Below, piece by piece: positions 63,400 through 64,000 of a DNA stretch of 64,000 nt. The notes under the pieces were generated by a model. The model did not search any database and was not told where the DNA came from. It worked only from the letters and a program-made list of their open reading frames with translations. This stretch comes from Kondoa subrosea (Eukaryota): positions 2,613,060 to 2,677,059 of the forward strand of contig BCIN01000003.1 of NCBI GenBank assembly GCA_039545335.1, read 5' to 3'. Position numbers and translations under genes: made by a program. Each line of letters opens with the position of its first letter. The stretch's first letter is position 1.

Positions 63400-64000
63400 T
63401 AATGTCCTACAGAGCGATGCAACTGGTTTCTATAGAGAGGCATACACAGATTACGCATAATGATCACATCAAGAAAGACCTATCTTCGCCCGGAAGATAA
63501 TCAAATACCTGGATCAGACCCTCAGTATTGGCGCTACAGGTGCCTTGAAGTAAGCGAGCAAGCTTACCCTAACCTGGCCATCTTCCGAGCAGGCAATGAT
63601 GCGAGAAGTATCAAATTGCAAAGAGAAGATCCGCGTTGGCCTGCAAATCGACTGAGAATTGCGAAGAACACACGACAAGAAGCGTTACTGACTGTGCACC
63701 AATAATGTGAAACCTCAAATGACCAGTTTTTCGATCGAAAATTTTGATGGATTTGTCTGACCAGATAATCAACCAGATGATACCACAAAGAACAAGGACT
63801 TACCATAGCTTCCAGTGACAATGAATCGCTGATCGGCTTGCACCGTCCTGATGAGATCCGTCCGTACTTGGAGGCTATTCAGCGCAGTCCGACCCAACAA
63901 CTCAAACACCCACCATCATATCCATTCATTGGAGGACCGCGATGGAGAGGAGGTGCTACGGTCTTAGTCCTCACAGGTGGACCAGAAAGACTTGGGAAAG
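63400..64000 (+). other. Possible start of an unidentified (perhaps degenerate) gene running off the window
   Basis: Stop-free frame from ~63781 to the end (…SSDNESLIGLHRPDEIRPYLE…VLVLTGGPERLG) and splice-like signals upstream, but I could not build a clean ATG-initiated model. Confidence 0.25.

Overview
Eukaryotic (fungal) genomic DNA, most likely a basidiomycete. The degenerate donor spectrum GTGCGT/GTTCGC/GTCAGT/GTCCGT and ~45-60 nt introns suggest Pucciniomycotina (inference). The window is very compact: about 30 intron-rich protein-coding genes in 64 kb, which I reconstructed by hand-splicing. Most are housekeeping genes (CKS1, GH15 glucoamylase, RCY1, KRE6/SKN1, DES1, NPT1, PUP2, NAM9, CLIP-170-like, RPC31, ELP2, MRPL22, CWC21, ENP2, SND2, TRS20, DBP5, IMG1, HOP1). 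There is also a small accessory patch (F-box-like paralogues, a P450, an ABM protein) and one or two broken genes. No tRNA, rRNA, transposon or CRISPR was found. Most notable observations: (1) a nested [D1,2] spliceosomal twin intron (stwintron) in CKS1 whose two component introns resemble each other; (2) a 3-nt micro-exon in the same gene; (3) repeated, orientation-independent C-rich to G-rich skew flips that appear at synonymous codon positions inside long exons; (4) ELP2 and MRPL22 start codons only 13 nt apart, head to head; (5) an eIF4A-like pseudo-helicase and a GTPase-less GTPBP1/2 N-terminal-domain protein whose ATG is split by an intron. Gene models are manual and untested against RNA data.
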